A stretch of 64,000 bases of DNA, taken from an uncultured Candidatus Saccharibacteria bacterium (GTDB taxonomy: Bacteria > Patescibacteriota > Dojkabacteria > GCA-002793355). The stretch lies in contig CAZGEO010000001.1 in NCBI GenBank assembly GCA_964525295.1, forward strand, positions 9,671-73,670. The letters run 5' to 3'. The position numbers and the translations under genes were made by a program. Positions 39,989-49,731 of the stretch are shown here, piece by piece (position 1 is the stretch's first letter; each line of letters opens with the position of its first letter). Under the pieces are notes generated by a model. The model searched no databases and was not told the DNA's origin. It was given only the letters and a program-made list of their open reading frames with translations.

Positions 39989-42781
39989 TTACGATCGACT
40001 ATTCATCCTGTACTTATTTCCAACATACAAGGAAATTATACATATAATTATCACAATAAACCATAACCACATATAATTAATCCTTTCACTGTTCGTTTCA
40101 TTTCGGATATCATTAATAATAATTTCATTCACTTTAAGGTTTCTATCAAATTCAAATTCTCCTGTAATGTTGTTGATTATATAGCTAAACTTACCCGAGC
40201 CCCAATGCTGGACAAAAATATATCCCTCTCCATTGGTAGTATAGTACATGTTATTAATTTGAATCTTTGCATCTACAATAGGATTGCCATCGCTATTCTT
40301 AATTAAAATGGCAAAAACTTCTTCCTCGCGATATTCATTATTTCTAATTTCTTCTGTAACTTGTTCTTGCTTGTTATTCTGGTCGAGATCTTGAATACTC
40401 TGACCTTCATCTACAACGAGCTTATAGAGCCACTCTGGAAAATATTCTTCACCAACAATTAATGTTAGTGTTCGTATCGCAGATTGGTTACCAGCTGCAT
40501 CGGTACTAGAATAGGTAATAATATTTTTACCCCTAGCAAGTTTTGGGTTGTTTAAAAGAATTCTAAAGAATCCTGCATTATCAGAGTTCGTAACGTATAG
40601 AACTTCCCCAACTACAAATTTCACTACCGCATTTGCTTCAGTTATCCCCTCAATCATCGGAGTTTGAGAGGTGAAATAGTAAGATAAATTTGCACTATCT
40701 GGCAAATTAGATATTAATCCTAATTTGGTGAGTTTAATTCCAGGTACAGTTTTATCTAAAACTATACTAGCAGAAGAAACTTCCGAGAAATTCGTATATA
40801 AATCTTCATACTTAATATACACAGTCTTTGTTCCATTGCCATCCGAGAGGATAAATTCAGTTGTTTGACTGTATGGTTGCCATGTCGCTCCAGAAAAGCT
40901 TGGGTTTTCTGAAATCATCATTTGTTTGACTGAAGAGAGCGCATCTGACGCCGCAGTTGAAAGCGTAACATTTGAATTGTTTGTGACGATAGCTCCTGAA
41001 TTAATAGCTATGCTTCCAACAGGAATTTCTCGATCATGACGATAAACACGAATACGATCTGCATAACGATCTAAAATATAAATACTACCATCGCTAGCAA
41101 TAGCAAGTGAACTTGGAATGTGAAACTCTGCTATCGAACCCCACACATACAGAAAGTTACCATACTTATCAAACACCTGTATTCTTGAGTTATTAGTATC
41201 TGCTACCCAAATATTATCATCAGCATCACTTGCAACAGAATTTGGCGTATTGAATTGACCAAGCTCTGTTCCTCGTGTACCAAATTTAAATAAGAATTCT
41301 CCAAACTCAGTAAATACCTGAACTCTATGATTAAGTTCATCCGCGACTATAACTCTATTTTGGTTATCAACATCTATACCCCAAGGTCGATTAAATTGTC
41401 CATCGGCAGAACCACTACTTCCAAACTTATATAAAAAATTCCCTTCGAGATCAAACACTTGAACCCGATAGTTTTGATCTTCGATTAAAAATATTTTATT
41501 GTTTTTGATTGCTAGATCTGCTGGATTTTTGAACTGACCATTTTCACTTCCATAAGCACCGAATTTTGATATGAAAGCACCATTTTTATTAAATCTTTGA
41601 ATTCGACTATTTCCAAGATCAATCACATAGATATCACCATTGGCGGGATTAGTTGCAACCCCTACAGGTGTATTCAACTGACCATCACCTGATCCATACC
41701 CACCCAAGACAAGTACCGGGCTATCATTACTATTGTAAATTAATATTCTATGATTGTCGGTATCGACCGCATATACTGTGTTATTTTCATCTACATGAAC
41801 TCTAAGAGCGCCATTAAGCGAATTATCTCTAATAACTGGAATGTTGTTACCGATAAGTAAAATTTGGACATTTGAAGGATTAAATTTATGAATTTGTGCA
41901 TATCTTGATGCGGCAACGTATAAATTACCAGCTGAATCAATCGATGAGCTTAATGGCCCGGCAACACCAGTAACTTTACTTATATAACTTCCAGTTATCG
42001 TAAGTTTCTGGACTCTATTATTACTAATTTCAGATACATAAATATTCCCTAACGAATCAATATTTAGGTCAACCGGTCCGTTGAATTGGCCATCTCCACT
42101 CCCAGTCGAACCGAACTTGGAAAGAAAATTTCCAGCTAAATCAAAAACTTGTACTCTATTATTCGTTCTGTCGGCTACATAGATTTTACTATCAAACACT
42201 TTTATCCCTGTAGGGTAGATAAATTGACCGTCTCCACTCCCAGACTCACCAAAACTCAGTATATATTCACCATTCAAATCTCGAACAAATATTGATGTAT
42301 TCGCGTAATCTGAAATATACATCTTTCCGTCGGAGATCGAAAACCTTATTGGATCTCCTGGGGCTCCATTTATTTTTGTATGATATACAGTTGAAATATA
42401 CTTACCCTGTGTATCGTATTTATAAATTGCTGAATTATGCTTATCAAGTACATAATAATGATCATTGTAATATGAAATGCCACGAATATCACACAGAAAA
42501 TCTATGCTTTGTTGATCAGGAGTATCAAAGACAAATAAAAAATTACCATTACTGTCAAATTTTTGTACATTCCATTGAGCGATATCTGCTGTAACAAAAT
42601 TATCATTTTCAACAACAGTAATACTAGATAAGTATGCAAATATTCCATTACCTCTATTAGATACAATCGTTTTTTGGTAAAGAGGAATATCATTTTGAGT
42701 CCAAGCATCTACTTTATTTGATAAACTAAAGTAACAAATTACTCCTAGAAACAAACTAAAGATTAGAAGCCGTCTGCGCAA
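39989..42781 (-). CDS. Large NHL-repeat beta-propeller surface protein (930 aa) with C-terminal TM anchor
   Basis: Signal peptide, then at least 12 NHL-type repeats (NNRVQVFD, NHRVQVF, NSRIQVFD, SGDGQF...), and a C-terminal hydrophobic helix YMWLWFIVIIICIISLYV. Confidence 0.8.
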   Translation of the reverse strand: MRRRLLIFSLFLGVICYFSLSNKVDAWTQNDIPLYQKTIVSNRGNGIFAYLSSITVVENDNFVTADIAQWNVQKFDSNGNFLFVFDTPDQQSIDFLCDIRGISYYNDHYYVLDKHNSAIYKYDTQGKYISTVYHTKINGAPGDPIRFSISDGKMYISDYANTSIFVRDLNGEYILSFGESGSGDGQFIYPTGIKVFDSKIYVADRTNNRVQVFDLAGNFLSKFGSTGSGDGQFNGPVDLNIDSLGNIYVSEISNNRVQKLTITGSYISKVTGVAGPLSSSIDSAGNLYVAASRYAQIHKFNPSNVQILLIGNNIPVIRDNSLNGALRVHVDENNTVYAVDTDNHRILIYNSNDSPVLVLGGYGSGDGQLNTPVGVATNPANGDIYVIDLGNSRIQRFNKNGAFISKFGAYGSENGQFKNPADLAIKNNKIFLIEDQNYRVQVFDLEGNFLYKFGSSGSADGQFNRPWGIDVDNQNRVIVADELNHRVQVFTEFGEFLFKFGTRGTELGQFNTPNSVASDADDNIWVADTNNSRIQVFDKYGNFLYVWGSIAEFHIPSSLAIASDGSIYILDRYADRIRVYRHDREIPVGSIAINSGAIVTNNSNVTLSTAASDALSSVKQMMISENPSFSGATWQPYSQTTEFILSDGNGTKTVYIKYEDLYTNFSEVSSASIVLDKTVPGIKLTKLGLISNLPDSANLSYYFTSQTPMIEGITEANAVVKFVVGEVLYVTNSDNAGFFRILLNNPKLARGKNIITYSSTDAAGNQSAIRTLTLIVGEEYFPEWLYKLVVDEGQSIQDLDQNNKQEQVTEEIRNNEYREEEVFAILIKNSDGNPIVDAKIQINNMYYTTNGEGYIFVQHWGSGKFSYIINNITGEFEFDRNLKVNEIIINDIRNETNSERINYMWLWFIVIIICIISLYVGNKYRMNSRS

Positions 42782-42953
42782 GATCTGATTTCATTCAAAT
42801 AATTCAAATATATACTAGCATGGGGGAATATCGATGTCCAATTATTCACTCAATATTAGTTGCTTAGGTATAATTCCTGGCGATATTTCCAAATATTGAA
42901 AATCAGGTTCTTTTTTGATTTTGCTTTGTACCTACACTAAAGAGTAAACGCAA

Positions 42954-43083
42954 GAGCGGGTGACGAGATTTGTATTCGAACTTCGTCTTCAGTATCAATT
43001 CGATCTACAACTCACCCTCACATTCATTCCACTCATTGGATCTCATTGTCGAACTTTCGTTCTCATCTCGTACATAGCAAAAG
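42954..43083. repeat. R1 repeat copy A: degenerate tRNA-Gly 3'-end fragment plus conserved 33-bp core
   Basis: gcgggtgacgagattt matches the 3' end of the tRNA-Gly at 52227. The core cattgtcgaactttcgttctcatctcgtacata (43044-43076) is identical to 51272-51304. Confidence 0.7.
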
Positions 43084-43149
43084 TGGAATGATAATGAGAT
43101 AGTCTCTCATTACATGTATAATAATTCAGGTTACTAAATATTAAAAACG

Positions 43150-43572
43150 ATGATAGATTTGAGTACTGCTCGAAAAAAAATGGATTTAGCATTAAAAGTC
43201 ATTACAGTACAGTTGTTACGCGATTCTGGTTTTAAAGGTAAATATCCACACTTTTATAGAATAAAAAAGGAAAGTATTGAATTGTTAAGTTTTCAATTTA
43301 ATAAATGGGGAGGGAGCTTTGTTGTTGAAATATCATATACTGACAACCAACATAAAAACTTATACTCTTACACTAATAAACTACCTTCAGAGCTACGCGT
43401 TTCTCAAACTATTGAACGACTAAGACTCGGTCCAAAAGTAAAAGGGGATTATTGGTTTAGGTTCGACAACATAAACTTGCTATTTTGGAATAACAAATAT
43501 AATGCGATTGCTGAAAAAGTTAATTATTATATTACAACAGAGGCAGAGACTTGGTGGGAGAATAAATCTTAA
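43150..43572 (+). CDS. Hypothetical protein
   Basis: 140-aa ORF between repeat copies A and B. Confidence 0.4.
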   Translation: MIDLSTARKKMDLALKVITVQLLRDSGFKGKYPHFYRIKKESIELLSFQFNKWGGSFVVEISYTDNQHKNLYSYTNKLPSELRVSQTIERLRLGPKVKGDYWFRFDNINLLFWNNKYNAIAEKVNYYITTEAETWWENKS

Positions 43573-43680
43573 CTTACTTGTATTGTCCGAACCACAATAA
43601 TTTTGTCTCTCAATTCCTGATGTGCTCGTTTTATTGTTATTTCTAAGACTATCAAGTGTTTTTGTACATCGTTTGCGATA

Positions 43681-43737
43681 TATCGTCTAAGATGTATATG
43701 AGCGGGGCACTAGATGAAGTCCGAACCGCACTTAGTA
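43681..43737. repeat. Repeat copy B: duplicate of the tRNA-Gly downstream flank (R3) plus R2 module
   Basis: tatcgtctaagatgtatatgagcggg matches tatcgtctacgatgtatataagcggg at 52207. agcggggcactagatgaagtccgaaccgcacttagta matches 51351-51387. Confidence 0.7.
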
Positions 43738-44005
43738 CAGGTGCCTCACTTTTCATCGATAATTTTAATACTCTTAACTAATTTTGATTATAATATAAAC
43801 ATGAAATTTACGCATGGGAAAAGTGGAATGATTACGAGATCATCTTCATTTAACTGGATTAGTTGGTTGGTCTCTTTTGCCTTTTTACCAATTAATTTTT
43901 TACTTATACTATTGGGTATTTGCCTACACTTAAAAAAGTAATTATTCTAAAAAACACATAAATAGTGGGTAGTACGTATTATGGCTACCCACTATGCTTT
44001 TAACG

Positions 44006-44563
44006 CTACTTAAATAACGAAGTTACACTTTCTAATTCGCTTACACCTATGACAACATTGCTCCCATTAACCTTTTCGTTTGCATTAATTGGGTATGGGT
44101 TGCAGTCTGGTTTTTCAATAGCAAAATCTTCAACAGAATAACTCTTTTCACAAACTGTACAAATAAGTTTGTTTCCTTCTTGCACATAACCTTTCCCATA
44201 CTTTGCACACTGTTTATTTCCATTAGCTGCAACTCTAAATTTACCTTCAGCATCTTTTAAGACCATAAAATAGACTGTTGTTCCATCAGGTAAAGTTGCA
44301 TTAAAGAACTTTACTTTGTTCACCTCAAATCCAACAGTAGGGATCGAAACATTTCCATCAACCACTTGAAGCGTCTCACCCTTATTTCCTGTAAATACAT
44401 ACGCTTCAGTTTCTTCTGCTGTATTTGTTGGCGTTGCATTTGATGTTGGCTGAGCTTGGATTGTTAAATTGTCAGACTTTGGCTTATTATTCAATGAATA
44501 GAAAACTAAACCACCAACAACAATTGCTACAATGATCAAACCTCCTAATACTTCTTTTTTCAT
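44006..44563 (-). CDS. Membrane-anchored Cys-motif protein, possible metal-binding
   Basis: N-terminal TM, a Thr/Pro-rich linker, and the C-terminal Cys pattern CAKYGKGY...CTVCEKSY...C. It is the last gene of the copper operon. Confidence 0.45.
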   Translation of the reverse strand: MKKEVLGGLIIVAIVVGGLVFYSLNNKPKSDNLTIQAQPTSNATPTNTAEETEAYVFTGNKGETLQVVDGNVSIPTVGFEVNKVKFFNATLPDGTTVYFMVLKDAEGKFRVAANGNKQCAKYGKGYVQEGNKLICTVCEKSYSVEDFAIEKPDCNPYPINANEKVNGSNVVIGVSELESVTSLFK

Positions 44564-44582
44564 ACATTAATTATTTAAGAAA

Positions 44583-46895
44583 TTAAATCTTTACAAACTT
44601 CAATCTTAGTGAATTTGTAACAACTGAAACACTACTAAATGCCATTGCTAAACCTGCAAATACTGGATTTAATAGAATTCCCCAAATTGGAAAGAGTAAT
44701 CCAGCCGCTAACGGAATACCAACAACATTGTAGATAAATGCCCAAAAGAGATTCTGTTTGATTGTAGCCATTGTTTTCTTTGACAACTTGATAGCTTGTG
44801 GAATCTTTGAAATATCTCCTGCAAGTAATGTTATATCTGCGGATTCAATTGCAACATCCGTACCTGTTCCCATCGCAATTCCTACGTCAGATTGAGCAAG
44901 TGCAGGTGCATCATTTACACCGTCTCCTGCCATTGCAACTACTAAACCTTCTGCTTGTAATTCACGAACCTTGTCTGCTTTTTCACTTGGCAATACTTCT
45001 GCAAAGACTTTATCAATGCCAACCAAATCTGCTATGTATTTAGCCGTATTTCGATTATCACCTGTAAGCATTACGACTTTAACACCAAGCTTATGTAATC
45101 TTGCAACTGCATCGGCACTTGATTCTTTAATTGTGTCTGAAATTGCAATTGTTGCTAAAACCTCTTTGTCATCAGTGAAGAGTACTGGCGTTTTGCCTTG
45201 TTTCGACAATTTATCAATTAGATCCTTATCGTAATCAAGCTTTAAATCGTCCATAAGTTTCAGATTTCCTGCAAAGTACATCTTTCCATCAATAGTACCT
45301 TTCAATCCTTTACCTTCAATGATCTCGAAATCATCAACTTTTACAAGTTGAACATCCATAGATTTTGCCTTTTCCTTGATTGCCTCAGCTAATGGATGCT
45401 CCGAGTTCTTTTCTAAAGAAGCTATTAATTTTAGTATTTCAACTCCATCAATAGACTCATTTGCATATGAAGGAAGGATATCTGTAACTTCAGGCTTACC
45501 TTTTGTAATTGTTCCTGTTTTGTCAACAACAATGGTATTAACTTTGTGTAACTTTTCTAAGCTTTCAGCATTTTTAATGAGAATACCGTTTTGAGCTCCT
45601 TTACCAACACCAACAATGATTGCTGTAGGAGTAGCAAGTCCTAAAGCACATGGACAAGCAATCACCAAAATCCCAACAAAGCAGAGTAATCCGTAAGTAA
45701 GTGCTTCATTAAATGGCATAAATTGACTTCCAACTGCCAACCATATTATCAACGTTAAAACAGCAATGACAAGCACAACCGGAACAAATACTCCTGAAAT
45801 TTGATCTGCTAACTTTTGTATTGGTGCTCGTGATCCTTGTGCTTCTTCTACCATTTTAATAATACTTGCTAAAAGAGTATCTGAACCAACTTTCGTAGCA
45901 TTAAACTTGAATGTACCTTGCTTATTTATTGTTCCTCCAATAACTTTGTCTTCAACTGTTTTATCAACTGGAATTGGCTCGCCAGTTACCATAGATTCAT
46001 CAATTGAAGATTTACCTTCGATAATAACACCATCTACAGGAATTTTACCTCCTGGTTTAACAATGACAACATCGTCAAGTTGCACCATATCAATTGCTAT
46101 TTCAATTTCTTCTCCATTTCTTTCAACTAATGCTGTCTTTGCTTGAAGATTCATTAACTTTTCTATTGCTTCTCCTGTTTTGAGCTTTGATCGTGCTTCT
46201 AGATATTTACCGAAGACAATAAAGCCAATAACAACGATTGCGACATCAAAGTAATTTGTTTCAGGAAGTCCTGCTGAATGTGCAATATTAGGGAATAAAA
46301 CAACAAATGAACTATAGAGATATGCCGTTAATGTACCAATTCCAATCAAAGTGTCCATATTGGCAACTTTATATTGAATAAAGTTTACTATGCCCTTTAA
46401 AAAAGGTTGTCCAATCCAAAACAGCACTACGGAAGAAATAATCATCATCATTGTAGAGTACAGTTGCATTGGGAGAAAGAATGCTGGAACGACATTTGGG
46501 AATGATTTTGCACTAATTTCCCACATCATTAATACAAAGATCATCAATGCAATCGGGAGGACAAATTCAACTTCAGATTTTTGTTTATCCAACTCCTTAA
46601 GTTTTTCTTGCTTGCTTTTATCAAGTCCTAAGTGTTCTGCATGTTCATTTGCTGACATATTTCCATGACTCATTGGCATTGCAACTTCATTTTGCAATTC
46701 ATAGCCAAATGGTTTTATTCTTTCGCTCATTTGGTCTATTGATGTTGCAGTTTTATCAAACTCAATAGTAGCTTTCTCTGTGCCATAATTCACTTTAATT
46801 GAGTCAACTCCATTTACTTTGGAAATTGCTTTCTCAATGGTTAATGCACAACTTGCACAGTGCATTCCCTTAATAGGTATTGTTATTTTTTCCAT
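44583..46895 (-). CDS. copA: Copper-translocating P1B-type ATPase
   Basis: N-terminal [17 protein letters not shown], the CPC motif in [18 protein letters not shown] and [10 protein letters not shown]. Confidence 0.92.
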   Translation of the reverse strand: MEKITIPIKGMHCASCALTIEKAISKVNGVDSIKVNYGTEKATIEFDKTATSIDQMSERIKPFGYELQNEVAMPMSHGNMSANEHAEHLGLDKSKQEKLKELDKQKSEVEFVLPIALMIFVLMMWEISAKSFPNVVPAFFLPMQLYSTMMMIISSVVLFWIGQPFLKGIVNFIQYKVANMDTLIGIGTLTAYLYSSFVVLFPNIAHSAGLPETNYFDVAIVVIGFIVFGKYLEARSKLKTGEAIEKLMNLQAKTALVERNGEEIEIAIDMVQLDDVVIVKPGGKIPVDGVIIEGKSSIDESMVTGEPIPVDKTVEDKVIGGTINKQGTFKFNATKVGSDTLLASIIKMVEEAQGSRAPIQKLADQISGVFVPVVLVIAVLTLIIWLAVGSQFMPFNEALTYGLLCFVGILVIACPCALGLATPTAIIVGVGKGAQNGILIKNAESLEKLHKVNTIVVDKTGTITKGKPEVTDILPSYANESIDGVEILKLIASLEKNSEHPLAEAIKEKAKSMDVQLVKVDDFEIIEGKGLKGTIDGKMYFAGNLKLMDDLKLDYDKDLIDKLSKQGKTPVLFTDDKEVLATIAISDTIKESSADAVARLHKLGVKVVMLTGDNRNTAKYIADLVGIDKVFAEVLPSEKADKVRELQAEGLVVAMAGDGVNDAPALAQSDVGIAMGTGTDVAIESADITLLAGDISKIPQAIKLSKKTMATIKQNLFWAFIYNVVGIPLAAGLLFPIWGILLNPVFAGLAMAFSSVSVVTNSLRLKFVKI

Positions 46896-46919
46896 TGTTT
46901 TTATATGATAGTAGGTTAA

Positions 46920-47480
46920 TTATTTGACTTCGTACCAATCAGTTCTCATTTGACTTAATTTGATCTTACCTTTGTGTAAGAAGTCTTCGACTGCGTTTGC
47001 ATTGTTCAAGATTTCATTTCTTGTTGATTTTTTTTGAATCTCCATAGTCATTTCAATTCCTGATTCGTGATGGGTAATGAGTGCATTTAAAAATCTCCAA
47101 TCCAACTTTTCATCATACGTACCTAAATTTGGAACTTCCATTGAAGCGACTTCTTTTGTATCGTTATACCAATCCTTCTTCCATTGATATAATTCAGCAA
47201 TTGCTTTTGGTTCATCTGTTAAGATCATATTTGCAAGATCTTTAATATCCTGTCTCCGAGATTCATTTTTAACCTGTTCTGCTAGTTTCATTGCACCTTT
47301 ATGATGTGCAATCATGGCATTTATGTATCGTAAATCAACATATTTATCTGCTTTACCTAAATCTACCATTTGTTTGCTTTCGTATTGATCCATTGAATAC
47401 TGGGGTGACACGACATAGCCGAGACCAGTTCCAAGTACAAAGAAAATAATGACGAGCGAAATTGTTATATATTTTGACAT
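46920..47480 (-). CDS. DUF305-family protein (copper-resistance associated)
   Basis: N-terminal TM and two repeats carrying HH motifs (MIAHHKGAM and LITHHESGI). Confidence 0.7.
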   Translation of the reverse strand: MSKYITISLVIIFFVLGTGLGYVVSPQYSMDQYESKQMVDLGKADKYVDLRYINAMIAHHKGAMKLAEQVKNESRRQDIKDLANMILTDEPKAIAELYQWKKDWYNDTKEVASMEVPNLGTYDEKLDWRFLNALITHHESGIEMTMEIQKKSTRNEILNNANAVEDFLHKGKIKLSQMRTDWYEVK

Positions 47481-47498
47481 AGTTATTTGAAGTAAAAA

Positions 47499-47723
47499 TT
47501 AAGCAATAATGTTAAGATTAGAGTATTTATAGTCTGTTAACTCTTTAAATACTTCTTGAAGATCTTTTTCAACTTCCTCAGTATTTTTAGAAGTCACAAA
47601 GGTAGCAACATTTTTTTCAGAATCAACAGAAACTTCTTCTAGCCCAATATCTTCTAATGACATGGTTATTAAGTTTTTGCATCCTGAACAGTGCATTCCT
47701 GAAATATCTATTTGGTATTTCAT
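47499..47723 (-). CDS. copZ: Copper chaperone (HMA domain, CopZ-like)
   Basis: 74 aa with GMHCSGC. Confidence 0.85.
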   Translation of the reverse strand: MKYQIDISGMHCSGCKNLITMSLEDIGLEEVSVDSEKNVATFVTSKNTEEVEKDLQEVFKELTDYKYSNLNIIA

Positions 47724-47732
47724 ATTTAAATA

Positions 47733-48155
47733 TTAATTAAAATTAATTACAAAACTATACATTCCCATACTACAAGAACCTCTTAAGCTGGTACCTGCAT
47801 TTTGAGAAGTAATTTCAATATCAGTATTACCACTTGCAGGTAATGTCTTTGAAATTCCTAAACTTAGGATTCTAAATGCTCTTTCGCAACCGTAAACACC
47901 ATCTGATTTCATACGAATAATTGTTGGAACACCTGCTTTGGCGTTAATTGTACGAGGTGAATAGCCACCACTAACTGTAACTTCAATAATTTGTTTATCT
48001 CCTGAAGTGCTGACGACATTTGAACTTGCACCTTTTACATCAGCTGAACGATTATTCCCAGAACCAACGAGAAAGACAAATCCAATCATAACAATTACGG
48101 CAATTCCAATCAATAAACCTTTACCGTCAACAGTTATAGTTCTAACTTCTTGCAT
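47733..48155 (-). CDS. Membrane-anchored His-less cupredoxin-like domain protein
   Basis: N-terminal TM followed by SGGYSPRTI...GC...SCSMGMY, paralogous to the C-terminal domain of the upstream HMA-permease (SGYSPNTI...GC...SCWMGMV). It resembles the cupredoxin_1 YyC..pgH..GMkG pattern with the His segment deleted. Confidence 0.5.
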   Translation of the reverse strand: MQEVRTITVDGKGLLIGIAVIVMIGFVFLVGSGNNRSADVKGASSNVVSTSGDKQIIEVTVSGGYSPRTINAKAGVPTIIRMKSDGVYGCERAFRILSLGISKTLPASGNTDIEITSQNAGTSLRGSCSMGMYSFVINFN

Positions 48156-48193
48156 ATACGTGGTTTGTTTTAATATTATATATTTCCAAAACT

Positions 48194-49660
48194 TTATTCC
48201 ACAACCTCAATAATTCCAGTTACCATTCCCATCCAACAGCTAAATCTATATTTCCCGACTTTTGTTGGAGTAAACTCTTTAACTGCTACTTTTCCAGTTT
48301 CAAGATCTATCTGACCATCAAAAAGACCTTTTGAGATAATGGCATTTGTACAGCCTGAAGTCCCAGTATCATTAATTTCCCATCGAACAGGGACATTCAC
48401 TCTTACTTTGATAGTATTAGGTGAGTAACCTGAAGCACTTGCCTCCATTTTTACAATTTGTTTTCCATTAACAATTTCGGGAAGAGTGCTATTTGAAGAT
48501 CCAGTGTTATTACTCTGGTTTACGCTGCTTTGTCCAAAACTAATGTCATTTAAATTTGGTAGTCCGAGTGCAATAAGTTGCATGTTGACTGTTGATAGTC
48601 CAAAGAGTATGACGAGAATACCAACTAACTTCATGAAATTTTCAGCAACATGTGCTTTTTCATACATCTTTGTGCTAGACATTCCAATGAATAAAAGCAT
48701 GGGAGAAGTTCCTAATGCAAACAATGACATTATTAAAGCTCCACGAATAGGATCTCCTGATACCATGGCTAACCCCTGAGCTGTAATGGTGAATCCACAA
48801 GGAAGAAAGAATGTAAGTGCCCCCATAATCATAGGCATGTATTTGCCTGCAAAATTTGATTCATCAGCAATATACCTTGAAAATACTTTTGGCATTCTAA
48901 ATTGAAATCTTTGAAAAGCCTTAATACCAAGCATTTGTAAACCTAACAACACCATCATAATTGAAACGAGAATTGCGACAAGAGCCGTAAATAATGGAGA
49001 AATGGTAAATATACTTCCAATTGCACCTAAAACACCTCCAAGTATTGCGAATGAAACAATTCTTCCGATGTTAAACAATAGATGTGGTTGTAATTTCTCT
49101 GAAAAAGAATTACTTGTTGAATGTAACTCATACCACTGCTTTGACATTGACAAAACAATTCCCCCAACAAGAGCCGCACAACTCGAAAACCCTGCTACAA
49201 TGCCAAAAAAGAAAAACGCAGGTAAGGCAGAGGTTGCATTAACAGAGACAGCAGAAGCTAAACCAAATCGTTCAAATAGTTTATAGATTAAGAAAATACC
49301 TGCAACTCCAATTATAATAAAAAGGATTGAGTTGATTTTGCGTGTGCTAAAAGTTAACTTACCATTTTCAATTTGAAACAATTTTTCAACATCCTCTTGA
49401 ACTTGGTCTTCAGTGCCAGTTTCGTCAAAGCTATATCCTTCAGTTTTAAACAATTTATTCAATAGTTCTAAAGTGGGCTTCTCTCCTTTATATTCTATTT
49501 TTACCTTGTTGTCTGAAGTAGAAGCATCTACACCTTCAATGTTATTTTGTTTTATAAGTTTTTTTTCAATGAGGACTTCACAACTTGCACAATGCATTCC
49601 CTTTACTGAGTAACTGCATTCTTTTAGTTGAGGCTCTGATTTTTTCGATTTACTTTTCAT
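48194..49660 (-). CDS. HMA-domain::polytopic permease (TauE/SafE- or CcdA-like, paired Cys)::cupredoxin-like domain fusion protein
   Basis: N-terminal GMHCASCEVLIEKKL, a membrane core with AGFSSCAALVGG and FFLPCGFT, and a C-terminal FSCWMGMVTGIIEVVE module. Confidence 0.6.
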   Translation of the reverse strand: MKSKSKKSEPQLKECSYSVKGMHCASCEVLIEKKLIKQNNIEGVDASTSDNKVKIEYKGEKPTLELLNKLFKTEGYSFDETGTEDQVQEDVEKLFQIENGKLTFSTRKINSILFIIIGVAGIFLIYKLFERFGLASAVSVNATSALPAFFFFGIVAGFSSCAALVGGIVLSMSKQWYELHSTSNSFSEKLQPHLLFNIGRIVSFAILGGVLGAIGSIFTISPLFTALVAILVSIMMVLLGLQMLGIKAFQRFQFRMPKVFSRYIADESNFAGKYMPMIMGALTFFLPCGFTITAQGLAMVSGDPIRGALIMSLFALGTSPMLLFIGMSSTKMYEKAHVAENFMKLVGILVILFGLSTVNMQLIALGLPNLNDISFGQSSVNQSNNTGSSNSTLPEIVNGKQIVKMEASASGYSPNTIKVRVNVPVRWEINDTGTSGCTNAIISKGLFDGQIDLETGKVAVKEFTPTKVGKYRFSCWMGMVTGIIEVVE

Positions 49661-49680
49661 TCATAGTTCATAACAAATTA

Positions 49681-49702
49681 GGCTACTACAAGTGTAGTAG
49701 CC
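49681..49702. promoter_or_regulatory. Cop box operator: perfect 22-bp palindrome containing TACAAGTGTA
   Basis: GGCTACTACAAGTGTAGTAGCC overlaps a predicted minus-strand promoter (-35 TTGACA at 49714-49719, -10 TACACT at 49691-49696). It lies about 21 bp upstream of the HMA-permease start. Confidence 0.7.
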
Positions 49703-49731
49703 TAACGATTAAATGTCAAGTATTTTTGGAA

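Noticed and set aside
43573-43760. Possible tmRNA or tRNA gene in the R2 repeat module (gcggggcac...gaagtccgaacc)
   Set aside because: I could not fold it into a cloverleaf or tmRNA acceptor/T-arm by hand. It is retained only as a repeat module with a weak RNase P-like resemblance.
43714-43941. 75-aa hydrophobic ORF
   Set aside because: A short AT-rich ORF overlapping the repeat region with no motifs. It could be a real small membrane protein, but the evidence is insufficient.
44798-46668. Plus-strand ORFs of 70-95 aa antisense to copA
   Set aside because: These are shadow ORFs within a strongly supported P-type ATPase CDS.
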